The position numbers and the translations under genes were made by a program. Shown here in pieces: positions 16,547 to 25,279 of a stretch of 64,000 bases of DNA. This DNA is from a virus. The notes below the pieces were generated by a model. The model had not been told where the DNA came from and searched no databases. It worked only from the letters and a program-made list of their open reading frames with translations. Where the stretch lies: the IMG/VR virus record IMGVR_UViG_3300032286_000547, positions 46,148 to 110,147 of that record; one strand, given 5' to 3'. Position 1 is the stretch's first letter, and every line of letters starts with the position of its first letter.

Positions 16547-16831
16547 ATGGAGATAAACAGAAAACATTTTCCTAAAGTGATGCAAGATAACGATGAAGTC
16601 TTTCTTGCACACTTAGAAGGTGTAATAAGTTCTGTTGATGAATTATGTAGTCTAGAGATTACAAAGAATACAGATAGCTATAGATTCAGAATAGCAGCAA
16701 GTCATCCTATGTATAACAACATGCTTATAGAAGAGATTCTTAAGTTCTGCAACATGTTTAAGATAAGAGTGGACATGAGCAAATCAATAACAACATCAAG
16801 CGTTATTACGTTTGAAATAAACTTAGAATAA
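16547..16831 (+). CDS. Hypothetical protein
   Basis: 94 aa ORF abutting neighbours. Confidence 0.55.
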   Translation: MEINRKHFPKVMQDNDEVFLAHLEGVISSVDELCSLEITKNTDSYRFRIAASHPMYNNMLIEEILKFCNMFKIRVDMSKSITTSSVITFEINLE

Positions 16832-16832
16832 T

Positions 16833-17402
16833 ATGCCTACATTTATTAAACCCACTCTTTGGGAAAAAAGAACTAATCCTGCACAAGGATATAGAGGAGA
16901 ATTGAATCTTGATCAATTTGTAGAAAGCAAAATTCCTGCTCCTACAAGTCTTTATTCTGCTACATTTTTTGATACCACTACTCAAACTACTGGTGGAGTT
17001 ACAACAGCTAACCAAGTTGCAATCAATTCAACACAGTCAAATACTGGTTTTACATTAGCAAACAATACAATAACAGTTAATAACACTGGGATCTACTGTT
17101 TTATTGCTAACATGCAACTTTCATTTACTGGTGGATCTTCAAATCTTAATGTAACTGTATGGTATGCTGTAGACAATGTGATTGTTCCTAATTCAGCATT
17201 TACATTCACTACATCAACAGCCCAAAATGATCAAACATTAGCAGCTATAACAGATACAATAGCATTAACAGCTGGACAATCTTTAAAATTTTATTGGTGG
17301 TCTGGATCTGCAGGGATGAGACTTTTAACAACTGCTGCTGGAACTAATCCAACAAGACCTGCATCACCTTCTGTAAATATTTCCATCTTTAATGTTGGAT
17401 AA
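16833..17402 (+). CDS. C1q/TNF-like domain virion protein
   Basis: Similar to the central domain of the 2245 fibre (F...TQ...G.Y.F...Q...PA.PSV). Confidence 0.55.
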   Translation: MPTFIKPTLWEKRTNPAQGYRGELNLDQFVESKIPAPTSLYSATFFDTTTQTTGGVTTANQVAINSTQSNTGFTLANNTITVNNTGIYCFIANMQLSFTGGSSNLNVTVWYAVDNVIVPNSAFTFTTSTAQNDQTLAAITDTIALTAGQSLKFYWWSGSAGMRLLTTAAGTNPTRPASPSVNISIFNVG

Positions 17403-17453
17403 TTAAAAAACATTTTTTACTTTTACTGATTAATAATAAAAACCAATTACATT

Positions 17454-17684
17454 ATGGCACAGTATGATCCTTCAAAAAGGTACACATGGACTCCTGAAGA
17501 CACATTCACATTAACAGGACAACAGTTTGGATTATTTCTAAACACAGTTAGAGCTTACTTATCATCAGAAGAAGCTGCAAGGTTTCAATTAATGATGCAA
17601 GCTAATCAGGCAATTGAAGAATTAATGATTAAAGGTGTTGAAGCTGATATCATTAAAGAGGTAGAAGCTCCTACAGCAGAATAA
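17454..17684 (+). CDS. Hypothetical protein
   Basis: 76 aa, A-rich leader. Confidence 0.6.
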   Translation: MAQYDPSKRYTWTPEDTFTLTGQQFGLFLNTVRAYLSSEEAARFQLMMQANQAIEELMIKGVEADIIKEVEAPTAE

Positions 17685-17740
17685 TTAACATACCTGTTGG
17701 GTGACGAAAAACAGGTGTTCTCGAACAAAAGCACTTCTCT

Positions 17741-17947
17741 ATGAGAATATACGAACCAAAGAATCGAATAGATGTTATAACACCCAAGGGAGATGGGATG
17801 ATTTGGTTAGTGACTGATTATGGTCATGAAACTGATACCATCTATACAATTATAATTAATCAAACAGGTGAGATGTGGCAATACACTCACAAAGACATTA
17901 TTGTTAAACCTAATATAACATTTAAACGCTATGGCAAAAATGATTAA
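17741..17947 (+). CDS. Hypothetical phage protein (VxTPKG...DYG...D...GE.W pattern)
   Basis: 68 aa ORF. Confidence 0.55.
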   Translation: MRIYEPKNRIDVITPKGDGMIWLVTDYGHETDTIYTIIINQTGEMWQYTHKDIIVKPNITFKRYGKND

Positions 17948-18503
17948 AAGACCTATAAAAAAGGCACAGAATGGATCTAAAACAGATGCTAACACTAAAA
18001 TTCAAAAGCTTAAATTAGATAATAAGTATAATAAGATTTATGCTGCTATGAAGAAAGATTCAACAGATGTTTCTAATAAAATTACATTACCTATTACTTA
18101 TAAGTCACTTAGACAAGAAACTGGTAAATCTCCTAGTGCAGAAGAATTACGTAAAAGAACATCTGAATTAAATAAAAGCTTAGTTAAACAAGGAAAAAAA
18201 GATAAAGATATTAGAAAAACTTTTGGTAATTTAGATGCTAAAGGTAGAGCTGATAATGCAATGATGACAGATAAAATGAAGAACGGTAGTGCTGTTAAGA
18301 AAAAAATGAAGAACGGTGGTTCTTTATCTGGTCTTAAAGCTTCTACTAAAAGAGTTGGTCCTTCAGATGCTAAAGGTGCTTGGACTAAAGTGCAAGAGAA
18401 AACATTAAAAGGTGCTAAAGGTAAAGCTAAACTTACAGCAGACAAACAACTTGGTGCTACTAAGATGGCCAAGAGAGGCATGAAGATTTCTAAAAAGAAA
18501 TAA
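17931..18503 (+). CDS. Lys-rich basic protein
   Basis: Recurrent KKAQNG/KMKNG motifs. Confidence 0.65.
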   Translation: MAKMIKRPIKKAQNGSKTDANTKIQKLKLDNKYNKIYAAMKKDSTDVSNKITLPITYKSLRQETGKSPSAEELRKRTSELNKSLVKQGKKDKDIRKTFGNLDAKGRADNAMMTDKMKNGSAVKKKMKNGGSLSGLKASTKRVGPSDAKGAWTKVQEKTLKGAKGKAKLTADKQLGATKMAKRGMKISKKK

Positions 18504-18506
18504 GTC

Positions 18507-18953
18507 ATGAGAACTATTAAAAAAGGTCAAAAAGGAGCTATGTTAAAGCAAGCACCTAGGACAACAATAGAAGAAATCACTAGTACAAAACTAAAAGATG
18601 TTCCAAGAAGAGCAATTAATCTTGGTAAAAGATTAATTAATAATACTATTAATGATGTAAAGAATGCTACAGTGGGAGATGTTGCTAAATCATTAGTACC
18701 AACTGGTGTTAGTAAAGCTACTAAAAGATCTAATAAAAAACCAGATCGTGTATTAGCTGCTATGGCTAAAAAGAACGGTGGTAAAGTGGCTAAAGCTAAA
18801 GATGGTAAATGGATGCAGAAAGCTGCAGCTTCTATCAAACGTAGAGGAACTGCTGGTAAATGTACACCAATCACCAAACCTGGTTGTACTGGTAAGGCTA
18901 AGGCTCTTGCTAAAACATTCAAGAAGATTGCTAAATCTAATAAGAAGAAATAA
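18507..18953 (+). CDS. Lys-rich basic protein
   Basis: MRTIKKGQKG, KKNGG, AKDG motifs. Confidence 0.65.
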   Translation: MRTIKKGQKGAMLKQAPRTTIEEITSTKLKDVPRRAINLGKRLINNTINDVKNATVGDVAKSLVPTGVSKATKRSNKKPDRVLAAMAKKNGGKVAKAKDGKWMQKAAASIKRRGTAGKCTPITKPGCTGKAKALAKTFKKIAKSNKKK

Positions 18954-19621
18954 TGTCTAAGTTAAATCCTCAGAAAGCTACAGCTTATGTAGGCCCTGGT
19001 GTACTACGTAAAGGTGGTAAAATAACACCTGTTCCTAATGGTCCTCTTATTAAAAAGAAAGGTCCATATGCAGGAAGCACGTTAAAATCTGGTGGTAAGA
19101 TTAAGAAAGCTCAAGGTGGTGAATATCTTACAAAAGAAGGCAACACCTACACTTCTACTAAGAAAGTGAACACTAAGAATGGTCCTAGATACTATCAAGG
19201 AAAATCTCCTAACATGTCTTTTGCTACAGAAATAGCTTCTGAAAAAGCACGTAAAATTAATGATTCTATTCCTAAAGCAAAACTTAGTGCTAGAGCACTA
19301 GAAGTAATGAATAATAAAAATGGTGGCACTATGAGAAAGAAAGCTATGATGGGTAATAGTATATTTAAAAACAATCCTATCTATGAAAAAACTACCAAGG
19401 CTCGTGGTATGATTGGTAATATGATGGGTATACCAGGTAAACCAATTGTTAAGAATGGTGGTATGTTAAAACGTGCTGATGGTTCATATTCTAAGCGTGG
19501 ATTATGGGATAACATTCGTGCTGCAGCTAAAAAGAACAAAGCTGCTGGTAAGCCTGGTAAAAAACCTACAGCTGCTATGTTACAACAAGAACGTAAAATT
19601 AAAGCTAAATCTAAGAAATAA
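18953..19621 (+). CDS. Lys-rich basic protein
   Basis: LRKGG, LKSGG, AQGG, NKNGG, VKNGG; C-terminal GLWDNIR module; TAATG coupling at both ends. Confidence 0.65.
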   Translation: MSKLNPQKATAYVGPGVLRKGGKITPVPNGPLIKKKGPYAGSTLKSGGKIKKAQGGEYLTKEGNTYTSTKKVNTKNGPRYYQGKSPNMSFATEIASEKARKINDSIPKAKLSARALEVMNNKNGGTMRKKAMMGNSIFKNNPIYEKTTKARGMIGNMMGIPGKPIVKNGGMLKRADGSYSKRGLWDNIRAAAKKNKAAGKPGKKPTAAMLQQERKIKAKSKK

Positions 19622-19899
19622 TGGCAACTCCTGCATGGCAAAGAAAAGAAGGAAAGAATCCTTCTGGTGGTCTTAATAAGAAAGGCGTAGCATCTTACAG
19701 AAGAGCTAACCCTGGATCTAAACTTAAGACAGCTGTAACCACTAAACCTTCTAAGTTAAAACCTGGAAGTAAAGCTGCTGGTAGACGTAAGTCTTTCTGC
19801 AGTAGAATGTCAGGCATGAAGAAAAAACTTACTAGTGCTAAGACAGCAAATGATCCTAACTCAAGAATCAATAAATCTCTACGTAAGTGGAATTGTTAA
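19621..19899 (+). CDS. Basic phage protein, DUF6321-like
   Basis: GKNPSGGLN.KG..SY....PGS.LK, RRKSFC.RM, LRKWNC. Confidence 0.7.
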   Translation: MATPAWQRKEGKNPSGGLNKKGVASYRRANPGSKLKTAVTTKPSKLKPGSKAAGRRKSFCSRMSGMKKKLTSAKTANDPNSRINKSLRKWNC

Positions 19900-19917
19900 A
19901 CCTATAAATAGTAAACA

Positions 19918-20463
19918 ATGAGAACAATAAAAAAAGCTCAAACTGGAGCTAAAGTTAAAAAACCTGTAACTAAACCTAAAGAAGATAAGTATAAAGGTTT
20001 AGGTGGAGAAATTGGTAGACCTATCTTCTCTGATAAAGAACAAAGAGAAAGAAGAAAAAAATTAGGTCTTCCTACATCAAAAGCTGAAGAAAAAGCTTAT
20101 TACGAAAAAATGCGTAGAGAAGGTGCTAAGAATGGTAGAACCATGAGCAAAGCTAAAAATGGAACATCATTAGGAATGAAATCTGTTAAAGCTGGATTTG
20201 ATAAAAACCCTGGTGTAACAAGAGCTGATATTATTACAGCTGCCACAAAGAAGGCTCAAAATGGTAAAATATTACCTATTAAAAAAAGTAAAGTAAGAAG
20301 TAATCCAGCATTTGAGTTAGAATATCAAAAATTCAAACATAAACAAGATATGGATAGAATGAAACTTGATAAAGAAAGAAAAGCAAAAGAAGCATCTTAT
20401 CCAAAATCAAACAAAGCTAAATCTGGTTCTACAGTTAAAAAATGCAAATATGGCTGCAAGTAA
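19918..20463 (+). CDS. Lys-rich basic protein
   Basis: MRTIKKAQTG, AKNG x2, KKAQNG, AKSG, CKYG. Confidence 0.65.
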   Translation: MRTIKKAQTGAKVKKPVTKPKEDKYKGLGGEIGRPIFSDKEQRERRKKLGLPTSKAEEKAYYEKMRREGAKNGRTMSKAKNGTSLGMKSVKAGFDKNPGVTRADIITAATKKAQNGKILPIKKSKVRSNPAFELEYQKFKHKQDMDRMKLDKERKAKEASYPKSNKAKSGSTVKKCKYGCK

Positions 20464-20617
20464 ATCAATGACTTCTGGTAAAGCTAAGAAGAGTGGTAAG
20501 CCTAGAATGGCTCCTAAGGTTGCTCCTCCTAATCCAATCAATGGGAACTATATGAAGGAAGCTGGAGACTCTGGTACCAAAAGACCGTTATTCAAAAGAA
20601 AACGTATATCAAAATAA
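20450..20617 (+). CDS. Small basic protein (55 aa)
   Basis: ATG 20450 MAASKSMTSG...; last gene before terminator. Confidence 0.55.
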   Translation: MAASKSMTSGKAKKSGKPRMAPKVAPPNPINGNYMKEAGDSGTKRPLFKRKRISK

Positions 20618-20618
20618 G

Positions 20619-20645
20619 AAAGCCCCTTGATGGGGCTTTTTTTAT
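20619..20645. terminator. Bidirectional terminator at the convergence of the two gene blocks
   Basis: AAAGCCCC-ttgat-GGGGCTTT plus T run. Confidence 0.8.
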
Positions 20646-21193
20646 TTAACTATAATAAGAAGTTTGTTATGATGTGTCTGGTAGAATTCCTTACAAGGAT
20701 AGTTTAGAGCTTTGATCTCTTCCATCATTTTATGTTCATCTAACTGTGCAGCATGTAAATCTTCTATGATGTATATACCACCTTCTTTTAGATATGGATA
20801 CAGAGTTTTGAAACTTGTAACTATATGCTCACCATAATGTGATCCATCATCAACAATAAGATCATAATCTGCTCCATAAGTTTTGATGCATTCTTCTAAA
20901 TGCTCAGGATTGTTTTGATCTCCAATGAATACAGACACTCCTTCTGTCTCAAAACTCTTAGCTTCTGGATTGATATCATAACCTATTAGTTCAATATCAG
21001 GAAAGTATTCTTTCCACAACTTAAGTGATGCTCCAGGAAACCTAGGATCTGCTACACCTATCTCTAACATCTTCACATGTCCTTTAGATAGTTCATCTAA
21101 TAATTCATGGTAAAACACTGTATAACCATGACCATAATTCATTGTACCTTTATCTGTACCTATTCTATTTGCTATTTCTGTTAATCTGTCCAT
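20642..21193 (-). CDS. Class I SAM methyltransferase, sugar O-methyltransferase-like (MycE/TylE-type motifs)
   Basis: TDK....H.Y, LEIGV, SL..W..YFP, GDQ, DDGSH, GG.Y.IED. Confidence 0.75.
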   Translation of the reverse strand: MDRLTEIANRIGTDKGTMNYGHGYTVFYHELLDELSKGHVKMLEIGVADPRFPGASLKLWKEYFPDIELIGYDINPEAKSFETEGVSVFIGDQNNPEHLEECIKTYGADYDLIVDDGSHYGEHIVTSFKTLYPYLKEGGIYIIEDLHAAQLDEHKMMEEIKALNYPCKEFYQTHHNKLLIIVK

Positions 21194-21854
21194 AATAATC
21201 ATTTAAAAATTTAGGAGTTAATTCAATTGTTCCTATTCTATTATCTAATACTTTATCTGCCTGAGCTAATATAACTTCGTTAGGTTGATGACCCATTCCA
21301 GAAATATGAAGTGTTCCCATTCCCCATCTATATATCATTGTATGTTTAAGCTTTGATTCATATATCTTACCATTTTTATGGAATGTAATATCTGCATCTT
21401 CTCCAATACTTGTATCAGGCCATTCTATTCTATCTAAATAAGCTTTAGTATAAATGTTTCCATTGTTTATATTAGAATTTTCTCTTTCAAATATATTATT
21501 TACAAAGAAATACATTCCTTCACTTCTATAGACATCATATCCAGGATTGTTCTCTATATCTGTACTAGCATTCTTAAGGGCCCAAGGTGTTAATAGATCA
21601 TCATCATCTAATCTATAGATATATTCTCCTTTACACTGTTGGTATCCCCACTGAAGCTTAGCTGATATAGAAGGAAATCTTTCTTTGTGGTTGATTATTC
21701 TCACTCTTGGGTGATCAAATATATAGTCCACCTCAGCATTATCATTAATAATCACCATCTCACTCTCTGGTGGGTTTTCTTGTGCAAGAAAAGATTCTAT
21801 TGCCTCTTCTAATAGATGAGGTCTTTTATAGGTAAGAGTTAAAATTGATATCAT
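21165..21854 (-). CDS. GT2 family glycosyltransferase
   Basis: ISILTLTYKR..LL..AI.S.L.Q, IIND, RLDDDD. Confidence 0.85.
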   Translation of the reverse strand: MISILTLTYKRPHLLEEAIESFLAQENPPESEMVIINDNAEVDYIFDHPRVRIINHKERFPSISAKLQWGYQQCKGEYIYRLDDDDLLTPWALKNASTDIENNPGYDVYRSEGMYFFVNNIFERENSNINNGNIYTKAYLDRIEWPDTSIGEDADITFHKNGKIYESKLKHTMIYRWGMGTLHISGMGHQPNEVILAQADKVLDNRIGTIELTPKFLNDYYGQINRNSK

Positions 21855-22618
21855 TTTGGTTGTATTAGTCCGTTATCAAAATAAGTTGGTAAAATTGTCC
21901 ATTCTTTACAATACATATCTTCCCATGATGGTGGTCCTTCTGGACCAAACCATGTCTCTGGTGCAATAACAATCTTACCAGGGTGTCTAGATAGATAAGC
22001 TGCCCACCAACTGAATGATGAGTTTGAAATTATGAAGTGATGGCACATAGCCATTATCCACAATTGCTCATGTACTTTCCATCCTTCTAGATAGATTGCG
22101 TTAGGTATGTTTAAATTTTCTTTACACCATGGAATATCATCACTAGCAACAATGTATTGTTTCGAAGGAACCAAGGTTAATGCTTTGTGTATGTATTCTG
22201 GTGACACTGTAGGATGGTAGTTTGGATAATGAAGGTAATCTCCTCTTCGAACATTTATCACTGTCACTTCTGTATTAAATATGACAGGAATATCTGTACG
22301 TATTCTATCTATGAATTCTTTTGTAGGAGAGAATAAAGATTTAACTGCTTCGCTATATCTATCAAAATGATTTTCACTTTGAAAGTATCCATTATATACA
22401 GTTGCTTCACTATCTTTAACTTCATTAGGATGATCTATATATAAGTCTAGTTTTCTAAATACATTATCTACAAAATCAGCCATATGTCCCACTTGATTAG
22501 CAGGAACAATAAGTTGTCTATTCTGATCTAATGCTTTAGCATAAGCATTGGCTATCATGAACAGATTATTACCTAGTCTTCCTGCTAAAGCAGGCATTAT
22601 GAAATTCTTGTTTATCAT
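21851..22618 (-). CDS. GT11 alpha-1,2-fucosyltransferase-like protein
   Basis: GRLGN.LF, GYFQS, VRRGDY, SDD..WC, NSSFSWWAAYL. Confidence 0.85.
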   Translation of the reverse strand: MINKNFIMPALAGRLGNNLFMIANAYAKALDQNRQLIVPANQVGHMADFVDNVFRKLDLYIDHPNEVKDSEATVYNGYFQSENHFDRYSEAVKSLFSPTKEFIDRIRTDIPVIFNTEVTVINVRRGDYLHYPNYHPTVSPEYIHKALTLVPSKQYIVASDDIPWCKENLNIPNAIYLEGWKVHEQLWIMAMCHHFIISNSSFSWWAAYLSRHPGKIVIAPETWFGPEGPPSWEDMYCKEWTILPTYFDNGLIQPK

Positions 22619-22908
22619 TACCAAATATGAACAATGTCAAATATAGAAACTAACATCACCTCTTCATTCTCTGATAAAGGAATGATTAGAGTTTTATCTC
22701 TTAATGCTGTAGGATCTACTAACACTTCAACCCCTACCTTCAAGTCTGGATCTGTAATAGCTGTTCCTACACTGTGCACTTTTAGTCTACTCATTTTCTT
22801 AAGTAGTTCTTTCTGTAACGCTTCTTTTGTATTCTCATCTACAATAAGCTTACTCTCTTCTTTCTTTGGCATCTCTAAGTAGATGCGGTTTCCTAATAAT
22901 TTTGCCAT
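22618..22908 (-). CDS. GroES/Cpn10-like co-chaperonin
   Basis: LLGNRIYLE, V.SVG, LKVG.EVLV, DI; 96 aa. Confidence 0.65.
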   Translation of the reverse strand: MAKLLGNRIYLEMPKKEESKLIVDENTKEALQKELLKKMSRLKVHSVGTAITDPDLKVGVEVLVDPTALRDKTLIIPLSENEEVMLVSIFDIVHIW

Positions 22909-22911
22909 TTT

Positions 22912-23190
22912 TTATCCTTTGTATTCAGTTAGTTTAATAAATTTTAGTGCGTCATCAGCATTTAATTCGATTTCTGATTGTACAGTCTCACGAACTTTTT
23001 TGAATCCTTTCATCTTATTAGTCTTAAGATCAATGTCTGGTTGTTCTGTAACTCTTTCATTGAAATCATCTAAGATGATAATAAGTCCACCTGCATCATT
23101 AGCTAATGTTCTAATGATTTTGTTAATGTTTAAAGAAGCTAAATACTCCTTGTCGCCAATCTTGGCTGTGTAAAAAAATTGGTTTTTCAT
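22912..23190 (-). CDS. Hypothetical protein
   Basis: 92 aa ORF in operon. Confidence 0.55.
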   Translation of the reverse strand: MKNQFFYTAKIGDKEYLASLNINKIIRTLANDAGGLIIILDDFNERVTEQPDIDLKTNKMKGFKKVRETVQSEIELNADDALKFIKLTEYKG

Positions 23191-23202
23191 GTTTATTGTT
23201 TT

Positions 23203-23850
23203 TTAATTATACTCGTTATCTAATATTTTACCTACAAGATCACTTCTGTGATTAGCTTTAAGTTTGATCCATTCTATGCCTTCAATCTTCTTAGAGATGT
23301 CTATTGCATATGATAGACCTGTGTATGATTCCTTGATGTCTTTCTGTTCATTATCACCGTTGATGATGATTTTTCCAGTTTTACCAAGTCTAGTTAATAT
23401 GGCTAGCATTTCTCCTTTTGACAGGTTTTGTGCCTCTTCCACCACCAGAACATCATCAATGGTCTTACCACGTATAAACTGCACAGGATAAGCGACCACT
23501 TTTTTATTCTTAACCAGTTCTTGAATCTTGACTCTGTCATAACACTTCTCTAAATTTTCTTGAAAGGCTTCTAAATAAGGATTAAATTTATCTTCAAGAT
23601 CACCTGGTAAGAATCCTAATGATCCACCCACTTCGATTGTAGCTCTTGTAACATAGATATGATTACATTGCTTCTTCATTAAAAAATCTAATGCTGCTTG
23701 GGCACACACTAGTGACTTTCCACTTCCAGCTCTACCTGTTACAATAACTATTTGGTTATCAATAATTAGTTGTTTAGCAAGCTTCTGTTCTTCGTTAAGA
23801 GTGACATTATATTTAATATCATTCTTTCTTTCCCTATTAGGTTCTCTCAT
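23203..23850 (-). CDS. phoH: PhoH-like ATPase
   Basis: GRAGSGKS, LGFLPGDL..K..PY, RG.T, EAQN, TRLG, GD..Q.D, HR. Confidence 0.92.
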   Translation of the reverse strand: MREPNRERKNDIKYNVTLNEEQKLAKQLIIDNQIVIVTGRAGSGKSLVCAQAALDFLMKKQCNHIYVTRATIEVGGSLGFLPGDLEDKFNPYLEAFQENLEKCYDRVKIQELVKNKKVVAYPVQFIRGKTIDDVLVVEEAQNLSKGEMLAILTRLGKTGKIIINGDNEQKDIKESYTGLSYAIDISKKIEGIEWIKLKANHRSDLVGKILDNEYN

Positions 23851-24232
23851 ATTTGGTTAATAAATGATTACGTCTTTTGTTAACCTCCTCATATCTATAC
23901 ATGTCGTTCTCAACATTAGAATGCTCCTCAAGTGTCAAAAGTATAATATTTTCTTCATCTAGACAAGCTTCTTGGTATTTTTCTTTAGGTAGAATATGAT
24001 GGAAGTATGTAGACATAGGTTCTTTACCTAAATATGTTCCACTAATCTCTGATTTGTGTGGCTTCTTTTTCCATATATCAAGAAACATTTCTCTCATTTG
24101 ATGGGAAGTTCCATCACTAACCTTCTTTTTGGCAGTTAGTGATGGTTTTGTCCCACTTGATAATCCTTTTCTTGGTTTATGCTGAAAGCAATAATCACCA
24201 TCAGAGTTTTTTCCGCATGTCTTGCAAGCCAT
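23837..24232 (-). CDS. HNH-like nuclease with Cys/His zinc knuckle
   Basis: CKTCG...YCFQH; HHILPK..Y......ENI.LL...EH. Confidence 0.6.
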   Translation of the reverse strand: MACKTCGKNSDGDYCFQHKPRKGLSSGTKPSLTAKKKVSDGTSHQMREMFLDIWKKKPHKSEISGTYLGKEPMSTYFHHILPKEKYQEACLDEENIILLTLEEHSNVENDMYRYEEVNKRRNHLLTKYERT

Positions 24233-24383
24233 CTAATATCTTTTTTTGTAATTTAGTAAACTCAGGATCTTCTTTTGTGCAATGACACAGTCTCACTGTA
24301 GCTGATGTGCCAGAGCTGTAAGGAGCAAACTTGTACCCCTTACATTTCTGACATAGCTCATTTATAGATAGACTACTTACCAT
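24201..24383 (-). CDS. Small Cys-rich protein
   Basis: CQKC and CHC; overlaps neighbours. Confidence 0.4.
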   Translation of the reverse strand: MVSSLSINELCQKCKGYKFAPYSSGTSATVRLCHCTKEDPEFTKLQKKILDGLQDMRKKL

Positions 24384-25092
24384 CTTTCACAAATTGACCA
24401 TCAACCATCTTACCTGTACGTTGAGAGATTATATTGTATGCACTATCTAAACATTCTGTAAGCTTCAGTCCTTGCATCTCTGCTTGGATGATGATTGTAA
24501 CTAAGATGTCACCTAATGCATCAATCACTTCTTCTCTATTGTCATTCTCAATAGCTGTGATTAACTCATCTGTTTCTTCCCAGGTCTTCATTGCCTGAGC
24601 TCTTGGTGTTCCATTCTCTAGAATACCTTTCTGTGCAGCCCATGCTATAACAAGGGCCTCTAATTCACGATAACTTCTCATGTTATTCTTTTTTATAATT
24701 AATTTAAAACCTTTATCCGTAGGTTTGAAGTCTTCTATTATAGATCCTTTGAATCCAAAACTCTCCATAGACATACCTCTAGATAAATATGGTCCACCAC
24801 TAGGGTCAACCATATCTATTTCATTTCTTAGACAACTAACCATCTTAATGTACTTAGGATAGTCATAAGTGAGAGTCTCGTCATCATAATGATGTACAAC
24901 ATCTTTGAATTGAGCTAATGTCATTAATGATTGCTTACCCTCATTGTCTTTCAAATATGCATTATATGCATTTTGGTAGTCATTAGGCATACCTATCCTG
25001 CAGAATTCAAAGTTACCTTCCCATAGAATATTATGATCATCATCTTCAGTGAATGTAAATACATCACCATATCTATTTTTGTATTCTCTCAT
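24373..25092 (-). CDS. MazG-like NTP pyrophosphatase (C-terminal 102 aa) fused to an unknown domain
   Basis: WA...GI....Q..K..EE..EL...DALGD..V..II; AY..I..R.G.M..G.FVK. Confidence 0.8.
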   Translation of the reverse strand: MREYKNRYGDVFTFTEDDDHNILWEGNFEFCRIGMPNDYQNAYNAYLKDNEGKQSLMTLAQFKDVVHHYDDETLTYDYPKYIKMVSCLRNEIDMVDPSGGPYLSRGMSMESFGFKGSIIEDFKPTDKGFKLIIKKNNMRSYRELEALVIAWAAQKGILENGTPRAQAMKTWEETDELITAIENDNREEVIDALGDILVTIIIQAEMQGLKLTECLDSAYNIISQRTGKMVDGQFVKDGK

Positions 25093-25279
25093 TGTTCTCT
25101 AGTTCTATTATACATCGTTTTAAATAATTGGCCATATCTAAACACTCTTCGTATGAATGCTGTAACCAATCTTTGAGCTCCAAATCAGTTCTCTCAAGTG
25201 TAGTATTATACTTTTTAATACCCACTTGAGATCTCTGCAATAGATCAGCTCTTACTGCTTCAACTATTTTATCTTCCAT
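25073..25279 (-). CDS. Conserved small phage protein
   Basis: RS.VG.KKY.TTL...WL.H..EE..D..Y pattern. Confidence 0.6.
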   Translation of the reverse strand: MEDKIVEAVRADLLQRSQVGIKKYNTTLERTDLELKDWLQHSYEECLDMANYLKRCIIELENNERIQK

